Positions 1 through 13,700 of a stretch of 64,000 bases of DNA are shown here, piece by piece (within the stretch, counting starts at the first letter, position 1; the number at the start of each line of letters is the position of its first letter). This DNA comes from Squalus acanthias (taxonomy: Eukaryota), in the NCBI GenBank assembly GCA_030390025.1, contig CM059453.1:7254001-7318000 (forward strand). The letters run 5' to 3'. The translations under genes were made by a program, and so were the position numbers. The notes below the pieces were generated by a model. The model saw only the letters and a program-made list of their open reading frames with translations. It was not told the DNA's origin and made no database searches.

Positions 1-2160
1 CTTCCTTCCCTTGAAGGAAGGGGTTCGGAGGTCAAATGCGTGCGCCGGAGAGGCAGCGCGCACTGTAATTATTTTTTTCAAAAATTTAAATTTTTGTTTA
101 AACTAGTTAATTTATGCAACTTATGGTTATTTTCAAAATGTTACTGTTTTCTTAAGTTATTTGAAGTTTTAGTTCGGATTTGGGGGGTGATCTCTGTTTA
201 TAGATTTGACAGGTCTTCCAGTCAAATCTATGAATGGAGATTCCCTGCTCCGATTGCCTTCCATGGCCCACGTGATCCCAGGGGACGGCTCGAACTTACT
301 GCGCCCCTGGGATACGCAAGCACTGCACACCGCCACTGCAGGAGGCTCAGGACAGGAATCTCACGCGGGCCCACAGCACAACGGCAGGCGCGCAAGGTAA
401 GTGAAGGTCGGGGGCTTGCACCCGCGGGAAGACTCCGACCCGAATTTATTTTCCATTTAGTCTATCTGTATCCCTTAGCAGACTCTTTGTGTTCTCCTCA
501 CAGTTTACTGTCCCACCTAGCTTTGTATCATCAACACAATTGGATACATTACACTCGATCCCTTCATCTAGATCAAAATATAGATTGTAAATAGCTGAGG
601 CCCCATTACTGATCATTGCGGCACCCTACTAATTGCAGCCTGCCAACCTGAAAAAGATCCGTTAATACCTACGATCTGTTTTCTGTCTGTTAACCTATCC
701 TTTCTCCATGCTACTATATTACCCCCAACCCCATGAGCCCTTATCTTATGTAATAACCTTTTATGTGGCACCTTATGTCTTTTCCTTCTCCCGATTAGCA
801 CAGACCAGATCTGCAACCCAATTCTTTTCAATTTCCACCAGCCAACATTCAAAAGGGAACATTTTACTTTATCTATGATAGGCATTAATATACGTTAATG
901 ATACGGTGCTGATTGCTCTAGGTGAAAGTTGAGTGTGATAAATAACGGTCAGTGCGAGGTTTATTGATAATTTCAACCTGGGTAAATAGCAGATGCAAGT
1001 GTTTCAATGTGTAAACGCAGTCCTTTCTATTATTAGGTAGATCGCTTCAACACATTGGAGTTAGAAATTAGGAATACATAAATATTCATCATCAATCTTT
1101 TTGCGATCATTGAATAGTTGATATTATTAAGCATGGAATTGCCTTCTTTAAATATATCATGGTACAAGAAGGGTTAAAATCTAGCACCACTCACAAGAGT
1201 CTTCTGGCTCATGTTGCTGCGGTTGTTGCCGAAACATTGGCTGTTGAGGGGCGGCGCCTATCCGAGAAGCAACGTCATAGATTTGAATTGTATACATCCT
1301 GTCCGATTGGTAGAAGGATAAATTTGATTGGCAGCAGATTGTAAACCTAACTGGGTGTTATTTGAAATCACTTGGAGCCGGTCACAATTCTGAAGGTAAT
1401 TATCAGCCTGTCTATTAAAAGCAGCGAGTCTGTCTGGAGCTTTCAAAGAGAGTTGTCAGACCAAATAGCTCAAATCACTGGTAAGAATAAGATAACACGT
1501 GCAATATAAATAACTGCTTATATCAAATTTTAGCAGATCAATCACACCCAATTATGAAATATAATGTTCGACTCCTTGAGCCAAACAAACTTAAGAACTA
1601 CTGTAAACGTATGTGTCACGTTACTTTTACTATTTGCTTGTTGTTTTACTGTTTCCTGGAATAGCTTGATTGATAGAACTTCAGTGTCAATGTGGTGTAG
1701 TGTTATGCTGGGAGCCTGACATGGCAAGTAGGTTCGTGTGAGGCTGCCCATAAAACCACCAACAGAAACAAACTGAAAGGGATTGTATGCCCATTCTTTG
1801 AGCATGATGAAAACTTTATCCAGATTGCACGGGAAGCGTAAACACTCCCTGGCACACAGAGCGCCAGCGATCAGAAGTCCAAAAATGTCCACTTTAAACA
1901 GAAGGAAACAGACCCCAATAACATAACAGGAAGAATGTACAGACAGTCTGATTCAAACAGCCACTAATATTACTGTATATTTGATGCCGGGAGATGCGAA
2001 CGACTGGCAGGAATGATTGACCTTCCTACTTTACGCACCAGTTTAGGCTGATGCCCACTGTACTCATGGGAGTTTAATTTAAAGGAGATTTTGATATACG
2101 GACGTTCTGATGCAGGTTTCCTTTGAAACTTAATTCTATATAATTAATAATCACACCTAC

Positions 2161-2254
2161 CTTTTTATCTTCAGCGTGAGGACGACTGCAATTAGAGTAA
2201 CAAGCCCGATGGTTCCTCCTCCTATTATGAGGACGATTGTCCTGGACAATATTC
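2161..2254 (-). CDS. Siglec-like gene A1, transmembrane exon (GILSRTIVLIIGGGTIGLVTLIAVVLTLKIK)
   Basis: ttttag acceptor, 94 nt, AG|GTAGGT donor, hydrophobic helix followed by a basic stop-transfer stretch. By homology to A2 the tail exons lie left of position 1. Confidence 0.85.
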
Positions 2255-3077
2255 CTAAAATGTTGGATAACATTGCTCTATATTAGGAATTTGGGATTAA
2301 ACAACAATCTATCTTGGAAGCACATTTATGAGTGTGAGGAAGCAAGTTTCCTTTATGTTCGGATCACAAAGCTAATGGTAAATTATATTCTCCACTTGAT
2401 TCAACCTGTTGATCCTTGCGTAAAAGCCTTTTGTTCCTGTGTTGCGGACTGGCGTAAATTTGAATTAATAAATTAAGTTTCACTGATGTAAAAATCTCAA
2501 CTGACAAATTAAGTTCACTCCACAACCCACCCTAGGAAAAACAGTGGGCTTAATCTGATCGGAATACAGGGCCGCCAAGGTCAGCAGTTACATCGGTAAG
2601 ATTTAAAATCTATAGCGATAATTCAATTTTGCTTAGGCTATTGAATATCGGCTCTACATACCCAAACGTGTCTGAACACGATAGAAATGAGCATTTAGCT
2701 ACAAAAGGGTAGATTGCAGTTTGCTATCATGTATTGAGATAATTTTGGATTTTCTAAAGAGTTTAACTTAATTCAGAATAATTTGTTTTCCAGGATCACT
2801 GGCTATTTCTGGTGATGAAATAATTTCAAATTTGCTTGAAAATATAAACAGAACAAGTTGCAGAAGAATGAAAGTTAAATGGATAATGCCGACCGCACCT
2901 TTCAGTTGGTGATTGACCACTGATGAAAGTGGTCCTAACACTAATTCGAGATAGATTCCGTATGGACCTGCTGAGTGAAGCTGATATTTGCTGACACTAA
3001 CACCGTTCAGTTACTGACTGACCAGTGATGCACCAACTCCCTTATAGTATTAAATTACAGATAAATTAAACACGTAC

Positions 3078-3365
3078 CCTTAGAGTGGAGCTGATATTTA
3101 CTGACAGAATCACCGTGCTCGTTTGCTGCAACACATGAGATCAGGTTTCCGGTTCCGGTTGGGTGAGTCAATCTCAGAGAGCTCTCCATTAGCTGACTAT
3201 TCACCGCCCAGGAGATGATTTCCACATCTGCCTTATTCCCAGTGAGGATTCTCCCATTGAGGCCCCACGTGATGTTTCCCGGGGGATTGGCTCTGATCCG
3301 GCAGCTACAGTTCGTCCAATTCTCAGAGCTGGTGCATGTCGGGCCTGCTAAAATTGTGGCTTTAT
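3078..3365 (-). CDS. Siglec-like gene A1, membrane-proximal Ig exon 4
   Basis: 288 nt, phase 1-1. GPTC..NCSCRIRANPPGNITW..CVAANEHG resembles the last domain of MAG and CD33-related Siglecs. Confidence 0.88.
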
Positions 3366-4289
3366 CTAAAAGAAATAGAAACTTCAATAGTAAATGATCA
3401 TGTAAATAGTTGCAGTACCGAAGTACAATTAATGCATGAGTTGAACTTACCATAATAGTTCTGGTAGATATATTTTAAGATGAAGCAACCTATGTTGCAC
3501 CAGTTGATGGCGTATTATATTTTCACTTATAATAGGTGAGCTCGTCAGGAACAATTTCATATTAAACCTAATTGGTGTTCAGTCCAACCAGACCTGTCCT
3601 GACAGATATTGTGGGGGTTCCTCAGACGGAGCAAGGTCAGAGTGTTAATTATCTATAATATACCCACAAACGTGATTCACCCGTCACTGTTTTAACAGGT
3701 CAATTAATGTCAATTTCTTCACTTTGTGTACTGTTTTCAACATCTTCGTTTGTGGTGGACTGAAGTGATTCTTCAATAAATGTCCGGCTAACAAGGCGAC
3801 AGTTCAAAGGACATTGTCTCTGAATATTACACTGTTAACACAACATTAATACAAATAACAGAAGTTGGCTTAACACCATTTTATCAGAATTCTTTTGCAG
3901 AACTTCTGCTCATCAAATTTCTGCATGTCAGTTCTAAGGATTGGAAAATTGTTTACTTCAGACGACGAGTATAATTTATTAACAATTAGATGTTGAGTAA
4001 AGTTTCCAGTAAATGTGGCCCTGTCGTCACCTCATAAATATAAGACCTGCTGCATTTATGAGACATTGTGCCAGTTTCCACTCCTGTCATACTGAGGGGG
4101 ATGCCAGGGTAGTTTCCATTATTGGATCCATCGAGGTAGTGTGCCGCTATTTCCTCGGGAAGTGGTGAAACTTACCCAAACTCATGCACACGGGCGCCTT
4201 CCAGCAAGCAGGCAAGAGAAAATTGGAATTTAATGCAGAATTCTTGAAATGAAAGGCTACTATCTAATTGAAGATTCATGCATACTTAC

Positions 4290-4547
4290 ATTGTACAGAA
4301 ATCTGTGTGGAGCGGTTTGTGGTGCCCACAGCATTTTCAGCTATGCACCAATATTCACCGTCGTCCTCAGAACGAATGCTGGGGAATATCTGCTTTAGTT
4401 CACCAGTGGATGATTTGCTCATCTCTTCACCATTTTTCACAAATCTTAAACTGACCAGGGGTTTCCCACAGGCCGTGCAGTATAATAATAATGAACTTCC
4501 TTCCACAGCTACTATAGAGGAGTTGACGGTTGGGATTTCCAGTCCAT
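4290..4547 (-). CDS. Siglec-like gene A1, Ig exon 3
   Basis: 258 nt, phase 1-1. EGSSLLLYCTACGKP...EDDGEYWCIAEN. Confidence 0.9.
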
Positions 4548-5133
4548 CTGAAACAGGCGTTAATGCAAAACGTGATTGTCGAATAAGCATAATTGAGTTC
4601 TTAATTAATTCATTATATTGGGTATGGGGATCGGGCAGGAAATTGGAGTTATGTTCGATGATCAGACATGTTTGCCGGAGTGGCGGAGCAGGCTCGAATG
4701 GGCCGTATGGCGTACTCCTATTCCTAATTCTTAAGTTTTTATTAAGCCCAACCAGAGCTGAGATCTGGTGTCATAGCTTCAGATCCTAACTCGGCATGGC
4801 CTTTGTTGCTTCCATTTATGACAGACTAAACTCAGAAGCTGACTGGAAATTCATAGAATAAAGATTAACAATCACATTAAAATATCTGTTGGAGGCACCA
4901 TCATTGATTCATGGATATGAATGTTTCTAATGTAATCTGACAGATGAGCATTAGATGAGAGCCATTCCGAACATTTGATTATCGAAGTGAGCTCTCCTCG
5001 TACAGAGGCTGAGCTTTTCATGATGCATCCTTTGATGCAGTTCTAATCCCTAATAAATGATTGTGGTAAAAGTGCAAATTTGGAGCCGGTTGGCCGACAG
5101 GATAAATCTGTTTACTTTAGACCGGACACTTAC

Positions 5134-5445
5134 CTTCAATCTCCAAGGTAAGATTTTGTGCTGAAGGAGTTGGGATACCATCAATTAGAATTGTGCAACT
5201 CAGAATTTTCCCGTCATGAGCAGATGATGGTGTAAAGGTAATCACGGATGAAACTGTCCGAGAATCTGAACTTTCTTTGCTAATTTCTGCTCCATCTTGT
5301 TGATCCATTGGCGGAGGAAGGGACACATTGTAATTAATCCACTTCAGTGTCAGGTTGCCATCCGGGCAATTGTGGGTGACGGAACAGTTCAATCGTGCAG
5401 TTTGTCCAGCGATCAATTCCCCATAACCTGAAATATCTGGCATTT
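5134..5445 (-). CDS. Siglec-like gene A1, C2-set Ig exon 2
   Basis: 312 nt, phase 1-1. LNCSVTHNCP...FTPSSAHDGKILSC is typical of Siglec/MAG domain 2. Confidence 0.9.
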
Positions 5446-7628
5446 CTATAAAAACGGGAGAAAACCAGCTTGTTAGGTACATTTCAATGTTAAAACGGGC
5501 GATCGATGGCTTACTACTAAATCTGAGGAAGAATATCACATTTTGTTAATTTTTCTCTGCCACGTGTTGCAAGTGTGTTCACCATTCTTAATTAATCCTC
5601 GCAATTGTAATGCAGTTTTATGCCTCATCGGGTAACATATGGCCCCACTTAATTAAAAAATCAGTCGTTATATCTCCAAATTATTTGTATCATGGATATT
5701 GTCCAGTGAACAAATTTTGCACGCTGGAATTAGAATTAACGTTAACTCCTCAAATGTCACGAATATTTTATCCTCTCGTATACCTCGTTCTGCACCAGCA
5801 ATTGCCTATGTGATGGTGATTAATGCAGACCCAGAGCGATCTCGATTCTGTTGTCAAGAAACGTCAATATAGAACGACAATGCTCAAGAAATGTACATAC
5901 CAGACAAAGGACGGGTAACACCACCTTGTGTGGGAGAAGCAGAGCAGGTTCCTCGCAGTAAATCTGAAGAAGGCTTCAGCAGAAATAGTATTTGTAGCCG
6001 TGGGATTTGAATGAACAAATAAATTATAACTTGAACTGATTTTCACGTTACTGAAATATCTACTTTTTATTTAAGATCTAATTAAAAGCGGGGTAAATGA
6101 GCGCTGGATAGGGAAAGGCACGAACAAAGACTGCATTAATTCACCGCTTTTTAAGTACTCGCGACGTCAAAAGACGCTTCAACAAAAAGTAACTTGAAAT
6201 GTAATCAAGCAGCCATTACCGACGGTAAACACAGGAGATTATTGGAGAAGATATGAAGATGTTTGGATTTAAGGATAAGGTAGAAATTGCAATAAAAACT
6301 GTTTAGAAGGGACGATGTAGCAAGTCGCCGTTTAGCGCAGTTGCTCAGAATAGTTCGATCCCAGTACGGTGTCCCACAGTGTTGTGCTGTGGAATTGCTT
6401 CTACTCACTGTGTGCATCAATAATTTGGAGAAAGCGCTAAAGAGAGTGATGTCAAAATTTCCCGGCCGGAATTAATTGGATTCCATCAAAATGAAAAATG
6501 GGCGGGGTGTACAATGAGAGGCGCATCCAATATCGCCAGTTTGACACCCATGACAACCTTGCAAGTACAGCTCCCAGGTGATAACTGGAGAACTAAAGCG
6601 AGTTACAAACGGATACTGGAGATATAGTAGAATGGGGACATAAGAGGCAGATATAATTAAAGGTCTGAAAATAGGAGGTGGTAGATGATCATTTGAACCG
6701 TAGGAAGCTGGGAGATGTGGAAGAGCAGAGGAATTTGGGGTCAGGTTCATAAGAGAGTGAAAGCAGCACCTCCAGTGGGAAAGTGTATGAAGTTGTTTCT
6801 GGAGCTCTGGGTTTAATGGCAAGAGATCAATAATATAAATTCGAGAATAGTGGAGATTCTAACGAGAACAGTAGTTAGTTCACAGTTGGAGTAAGAATGC
6901 GGGTATTGGGCTCCAGTCTGTAGGAAGGATTTAGGGCGGATTCGCGTAGTTTCTGGCTGGTATGAGGAAGTTTAAATAACAAGAAAATATTTAAAATTGG
7001 GCCAGATCTAATTAGTATAAAATTGATTTTGTGATGATTTGACAGAAGTGCTTAAACTTATTAAGCAACGGGACAGAGGAGAAAGAAGGAGACTGAAGTA
7101 GAATTTTAAATGGCCGCCCTGGTCAAATCTCTCACTCCAGATAAGTCACCCATTCTAGCAGCCGCCCTAGTTTAATTGCCTTTCATTTCATTGGAAATAA
7201 TGAGCTGCTGGTTTATGTATTGTAAGTAGGACCAAAAATCGTCAGTTTTAGGTTCAGTCAACAAGTACTAATCTATCCTCATGTGAACATTTTCAGAATA
7301 GGCTCGACTGGTATTTGAAGGGAATTGCAAAAAAGGGATATGGGAACTGAGCAGACACATGCGATTCGGAGTTTTGCTCATGTGAAGGACAAACAGCCAC
7401 ACTGACAGTCTGTTCCGAACGGCCTGTTTTACTGCTGTAATTTCAATATACTTCTGTGTTTAGGATATCAGACGTCTGCGACCCTTATCAGTATCCCTGC
7501 ACCCATTGTTTCAACAGCCCTTTGAGATCGGTCAGGTATATTTTAATATTTGCCCACTTTGCACATAGGTTGATTCATACTGAAGCACTGGAGTGAAAAT
7601 GTACAAAAGGAACAAAGGGAATACTCAC

Positions 7629-8009
7629 CTAAAACAGAAAGAAATACGTCAGTACACAGAGTGCGACGTCTATTAGTGGACCAGGCCGAAGCGATCTCGA
7701 TGCTGAGTTCGTATGTACCCTCATCACCCTTCCTGATATCCTTTAGCAGGAGGGTACACTGTTTCATTTCAATGTTACACTTGAACTCAGCTCTTCCACC
7801 ATAGTTATAATGCTGCCTGTATGGATCTTTAGAATCATAGATAATGGAGAAACCTTGGTTACCAGGAGCATGTTCCCTCTTTAACCACGTCATATCAGCG
7901 ATTCTCCGATGGACTGGATAATCAAACGTACACCAGATCTCTGCACATGAACCGGCCACCGCCGACACAACTTTTGGCATCAGCACAGAGAATTCAGCAC
8001 TAAAAACAA
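7629..8009 (-). CDS. Siglec-like gene A1, V-set Ig exon
   Basis: 381 nt, phase 1-1, cag acceptor and GTGAGT donor. Siglec-type Cys pattern GSCAEIWCTF...KQCTL. F strand DEGTYELSIEI has no Cys. Confidence 0.9.
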
Positions 8010-8644
8010 CTGCGAAAAATTAATTAGACACCCTTTAATTAGCCATTCAAAATGCATTTCAGCAACTTTATCATCCATTAAAGTATTTGTTAATTGACAA
8101 ATAATCGCCCATCACAATAGCAATTAAAATATCAGTGAAGGCCTTTTCAAAATCAAGAAAAAATTCTAAATAAAATCCAAACACAACAACTATTGAAATG
8201 GTCATAGGCGTACCTATTTGATGGGAGATTTATGAACCGGTAATATACATATTTAATACTCATCTAAAAAACGAATACATATCCACTAACAAGTAAGCGA
8301 ACACCCAATAAAAATTCCCATTAAATATACATTAAAATATTGATCAAAATAAATATTAAACATCTATTGAATCTCCTTTGAATCACTCAATCAATATGAA
8401 GTAAGTTTTATTAAATGTGCTTTACAATAAAATATTCTGAAAATTCCTATATTTAAATATTATTTGAATAGGCTGTATACGCTGTAACACAACAACAACG
8501 CACGCGTTCAGCAATCATGAAATTCCTATTTCACAAGTTCTGAAATCAATAACAAAAAAATCATTCATATTCTTTATTTTGCTCTTCCTTTCCCACAAGA
8601 TATAAATCACTTGCAGAAATTGTAAAAACGCATCAGAAATGTAC

Positions 8645-8687
8645 CTTCTGTCAACATTAAGAGAGGCAGCAGCACGGAACTCATCAT
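8645..8687 (-). CDS. Siglec-like gene A1, signal-peptide exon (MMSSVLLPLLMLTE)
   Basis: ATG at 8687, 43 nt, phase-1 donor AG|GTACAT. Same structure in A2 and A3. Confidence 0.8.
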
Positions 8688-10092
8688 GGCTGTAAAATGC
8701 TGTCGATTTCACTCGCAAAATGAAGAACCCAATTCACAATTTACACCATTCAGATTTCAGCATTCTTCTTTCCAGTCACTTCTTGGATTTCTTTGCTAAT
8801 CAGCATCAGAATATCGGGGAAGTCCGATTCGGTTCCTACCGATCTGTGGAACAGTGCTCACTCAATCAACTCCGTTGGTGAGGTAGGCAGCTAACACATC
8901 TTGTACATGGGCTGCGTGTGACCGACTGTTACAGAATATGATGTTATAGTATGTTTAAACGTTGCAAAAGAATACTTAATACAGAAACAATATCTCTCTC
9001 TCTCGAACAAACACACACAAACACCAAATGTACTGTTATTTATGATATTGATATGTTGGCGTCTGTGTCAGAATGGCACCGCCCACGCTTGCAGACGCCT
9101 CTGACTCACATTTCACACATATTCGCTTTCTGGCAGCTAATACGAGATGAATGTTGAACAGTTGTTGACTACAGTTAGTTAGCATGCTGCAGTCTATGGA
9201 CGTGTGGTTTCGTCACCTTCTTTAAGGAGCGCTCCAACATGTATCTCTGACGTCCTAGATAGGAGCTGTTTGACAGTAGACCGTTTGACGCTGTGGTAAA
9301 CAGCCTTTCTTCGAAATATTTAACTCTTTACATTCACACTCAAGCTCAGTAATTTTGCAGAACTTAAGACAAATGCCAACCTATTTGTTGCAGTGCTTTT
9401 ATTAAGATTTAGTTATGCGCTCTGGGACGTGTGAAATGGACTTAAGGTTCCTGTCGTAAATACAAATATTGCTGTAACAGACACAGATAAAATTGATTGA
9501 AGCAACATTTTCGGTCAAACAGATCAGTGTTGTCAATATCGGGAGACACTGTTTTTCTCATTGGCCACCCGGTGCGGAGGGAATGTCGGAGGACCTCCCA
9601 GTGGGTCTGCTTCTGGGCCTGGAAAAGGTGGCCATTCACAGGTCCAGGCATCACCCGGTCCAGGGGATCATTTGGTCTGACTGCCTGCCTCCCACCACGT
9701 TCGTGTGTCCCTGGAGTGGGAGCATGCGGTGATTGCCTGTATGTTTTAATTCCAGATTTATTTAATTTACTGAATTAAAATACCCCCAGCTGACATGTTC
9801 TAGCGCGATCTTTTTAAAACTACCCCGAGCTCAGGGGAATTGCGCCGAAAAGTACAGCATTCGAACGGATAATCCAGGCTCTTGTATTTACATATTGCCA
9901 TTCACAAACACAGTACATCCAAATACAGTGTTAAACCCAAACTGAGCCCCGATGTTGACCACACATCATTTCAACTTTCGGCCTCAAAGCAAACTGGATC
10001 TTGTGTGGAGCTTCATTGAGCAGGGTGCATTGCACCAACCGCCACTCTGGGATTGACCAGACATTATGGCTTATTTTATTGTTAAAGCAAAG

Positions 10093-10260
10093 TGAGACCT
10101 GGGTCTGAACACACATCCCTGAACTAGTCAGTAAAGCCAAGCTGAGACCTGGGTCTGAACACACATCCCTAAACTAGTCAGTAAAGCCAAGCTGCGACCT
10201 GGGTCTGAACACATATCCCTAAACTAGTCAGTAAAGCCAAGCTGAGACCTGGGTCTGAAA
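10093..10260. repeat. 50-bp tandem repeat (~3.4 units)
   Basis: Unit gagacctgggtctgaacacacatccctaaactagtcagtaaagccaagct. Confidence 0.9.
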
Positions 10261-10764
10261 ACACATCGCAGGGATTTTTTCCCGAAGATAAAAATAGCCA
10301 CATTCTTTCCAGCAGCGCTGAGACTCGAATCTAAAATCTCAAGTTATCACTTCACAGTTCTAGCACTAAATTCAGTAAATTCATAAACCTGTATTTGTAG
10401 CAACTCGGATCTCAATGAGTTAATTTCAGCAGATTTCAGCTCGCTGGACTGTTAATATAACCAGCTGAGGTCACTTATAAAAATGGCAGTTTACGCTCTT
10501 GAAACTGTTTTCTGAGAAACACTTGAACATTTGACATTTCAGATACGTGTTGTGCCCCCGAACAACTGAAGGTGATCAACCCACACGTCTGCAGACAACG
10601 GCTACAGGACAAACCACGGCTTTACACTTCAAACACTCACAGTTCAAGGGCTGATAAATAGCTCAGTGTGTGGGAGTTGAGAGTCGAGGCGTCTAGAGTT
10701 GATGTAGAAGGCTATTTTATATATTGCAATATAAAGTGCCACTGCCTGTCCTATAACTGTGCAG

Positions 10765-13700
10765 ATGATGAGGGGGCTGGTTGTATCGCCGATCAGGTTT
10801 CTTTTGCAGTAGGTGAGCCTCATATATCCTGCAACAGCGGGCCACACACTGATGTAAACTGTTATATTTGAGGAGTCCCAGATTCCCAGCAGTTTAGATC
10901 ACCAACATTTGAGGAGTGGCGAAAGCTGTGTGAGCTACCACGGTTCCCAATGATTGGTGGGTGGCGAACAGCTGACCTCCTAATACTGTGATTCGATTCA
11001 TTACGAACTCCAATATATTACTGTCGAACCGAACACAGAAACTAAATCACTTATATCAGAGATAAAAACAATTTATGCCATTTTGATATCGTCCACCGCC
11101 TCCAGTCATGAAGAGTATTACATTTATTTCCATTCTGCTATTTAGCGCAGGTAAAATATTCATTTTTAATATTGTATGTCAGAAAGAATAACAATGTTTT
11201 AGACATAGCATATAGTTAGTCAATGATTTGTGCATTCACACAGTGGGTATTTAATGTATATTTTATTCGGAACTTTATTATGTATTATATAGGATTGATT
11301 TGATAATTACGCTATGACTTATTGGCTTGCAATTGAATATTTAATAGAATTTAATGAGTTTTAGAGAAAATTGCACGAATTTCATTAGATGTACGAATGA
11401 ATATGTTAGTGGGTGTTTAAATGTTAAATTAATAGTATTTAACTTGACGGTCAGGGTATGTTTATGTTGCTATATTATTGCGGATTTCAATGGGTGTATA
11501 ATTTCTATTTTTTCACCATTTGTCCATAATTCACGATGGTCTGTGAAGGTGCCGTGGAAGGTGTCGGCGGTGAACAGGTCATGTGCAGAGATCCCGTGCA
11601 CATTTGATTATCCCCCCTATGGCCTCAGTCCACTGGGTATGTGGTTAAAGTGGGATCCTGATCCTGTAACCTCAGGGGTCTCGATTATCTATGATTCCCG
11701 GGATTCAGAAAACGTGCCCTTGAAATATAGCGGTCGAGCTGAGTTCACCGGCGAATTTATAAAGAAACAATGTTCCTTACGGTTAAAGGACATCAGCAAG
11801 CTCGATCAAGTTGCCTATTATTTCTTATTGAAGATCATCACCGCCCAGAATAACATAGAAAGATATTCTTCCGGATCTAAGGTCACTCTTTCTATTTTAT
11901 GTAAGTATTTGAATTGTTCCTTTATAGTTTATCTTCCATCTCCTCAGTGTCATTTAATTTGAGCTTAAATATAAAGATTTCTTAATACTCATGGCCCAAG
12001 TTACAGGCTACAGCGGCAGGGCTGGTACACTGCATGATACCCATGATTTTGTTATAGAATAGAATCATAGAATCATAGAATCTTACAGCACAGAAGGAGG
12101 CCATTCGGCCCACCACGCCTGTGCCGGCTCTGTGCAAGAGCTATACAATTTAGTACCACACCCTATGTTTTTCCACAGAAATTGTAGATCAGCCTTGTTT
12201 TAGAACAGCTCTAATTGCTTTAAAAATATTCCCATTGAATCGTATTCCACCAGCCTTTCAGGTGGTGCATTCTAAATCTTAGCAACCCTCTGGGTGAAGA
12301 AATTTCACCCCATTTCCACACAAGTTCTTATGCCAATTGGTTTAAATGTGAGACCTTTGGATACCAACCCAAATGCCAGAGGAAATGTTTTCTCCTTATT
12401 AATTCTATCAAAAACCCTCAATTTTGAATAGCACTGTCAGTTCTCTCGTTATCCTTGTCTGCTATAAGGACAACAAGCACAGCTTCTCCAATCTCTCCAC
12501 GTAACTGCACGTCCTCATCCCTGGTATTATCTTGGCAAACGGCTTCAGTACCTCCTCCAGGGCCTTGACCTCCTTCCTCAAGTGTAATTCCGAGAATTGT
12601 ACCCAAAACTCCAGCTGTGGCAAAACCAGAGATTTGTGAAACTTGAGCATGACTTCCTTGTTATTGTTTTCAATGCCCCTATGTAAAAAGAACCGAAGTG
12701 TCCTATGTGCTTTCTTTTTAAACGCCTGGTAAATTTAACCTGCCATCTTCAAATAAATGTCAATATGTACCCCATGTCCCTCTGTTCTTGCAGCCTCCCT
12801 CAAAATGGGACTATTTAGAGTATGATGCCTCTCCATATATTTCTCCCAAACTGCATTTGTGCTTCACACTTATCCGCAGTAAATTGCATCTGCCATGTGC
12901 CTGCCCATTTTAACAGTCTGTAGATGTACTCCCTAAGTCTGCTACAATCATGCTCACTATTTAATACGTTGCCAAGTTTTGTATCACCCGCAAACTTCGA
13001 AACGTTACTCCCAATACGCAAGTCTAGGTCATTTATATAGAAAAAGAATAGCAATGATCCTAATATCGACCCCCTGGGGGATCCCACATCAGACTTCGCT
13101 CCTGTCAGAAATGCAGCCGTTCACCACGACTCTCTGCCTCCTATCCCTTAGCCACTTTCCTAATCACGTTGCCACCATCCCTTAAATACACTGTTCTTCT
13201 ATATTCCGAATAGTCTGTTATGAGTTACTTCATCCAATGCCTTTTGAACGTCCACATATACAACATCTACTGTACTACCTTCATCAACCCTCTCTATTAC
13301 TTCATCAATAAATCAATCGGGATAGACAGTCACGATTTGCATTTAACAAAGCCCTGCTGGCTTCCCTAATAAACCCATGCGTCTCCAAGTGAGAATTAGT
13401 CTCGTCCTTCACATTGTACTTATTTAGCTTTCCCACCATTGCCGTTTGACTGATTGAGCTGTAGTTCCCAGGATCCTCCGTCTCCACTTTTTTGAACAGC
13501 GGTTTAACAGTTGAAATCCTCTAGACTTCTGGTACCACTCCAATATCCATGGAGGATTGAGAGATTGTGGTCAGAGATTCTTCTATATCCATCCTCGCTT
13601 CTTCAGCAACATCGGATGAATCCCATCTGGACCAGTTGACTTGTTATGTTTTCACCTGAACAGATATTCAGCACTGCCATTCTTACACACTTACATAAAT

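Noticed and set aside
40-594. 184-aa ORF
   Set aside because: It spans a MITE and a CR1 fragment, and is not conserved as an ORF in the paralog at 41.6-42.1 kb.
1195-1330. CCAAT/CRE-like motifs plus ATG-MSQKTL|GTGAGT mini-exon on the minus strand (paralog 42721-42738)
   Set aside because: It lies within the A-gene TM-tail intron and no downstream exons were found. Support is insufficient.
2079-2106. In-frame SVYQNL ITIM-like peptide 54 nt after the TM donor (also in A2)
   Set aside because: It needs a 54-nt intron with no pyrimidine tract. A much better phase-matched tail exon exists at 40274.
4268-4789. Long plus-strand ORFs over Ig exons (also 45804-46286)
   Set aside because: Antisense shadows of the minus-strand Ig3 exons.
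7629-8009. Assigning MAG, CD22, SIGLEC1 or CD33 gene symbols
   Set aside because: The V+3 Ig architecture and divergence do not allow orthology without a phylogeny.
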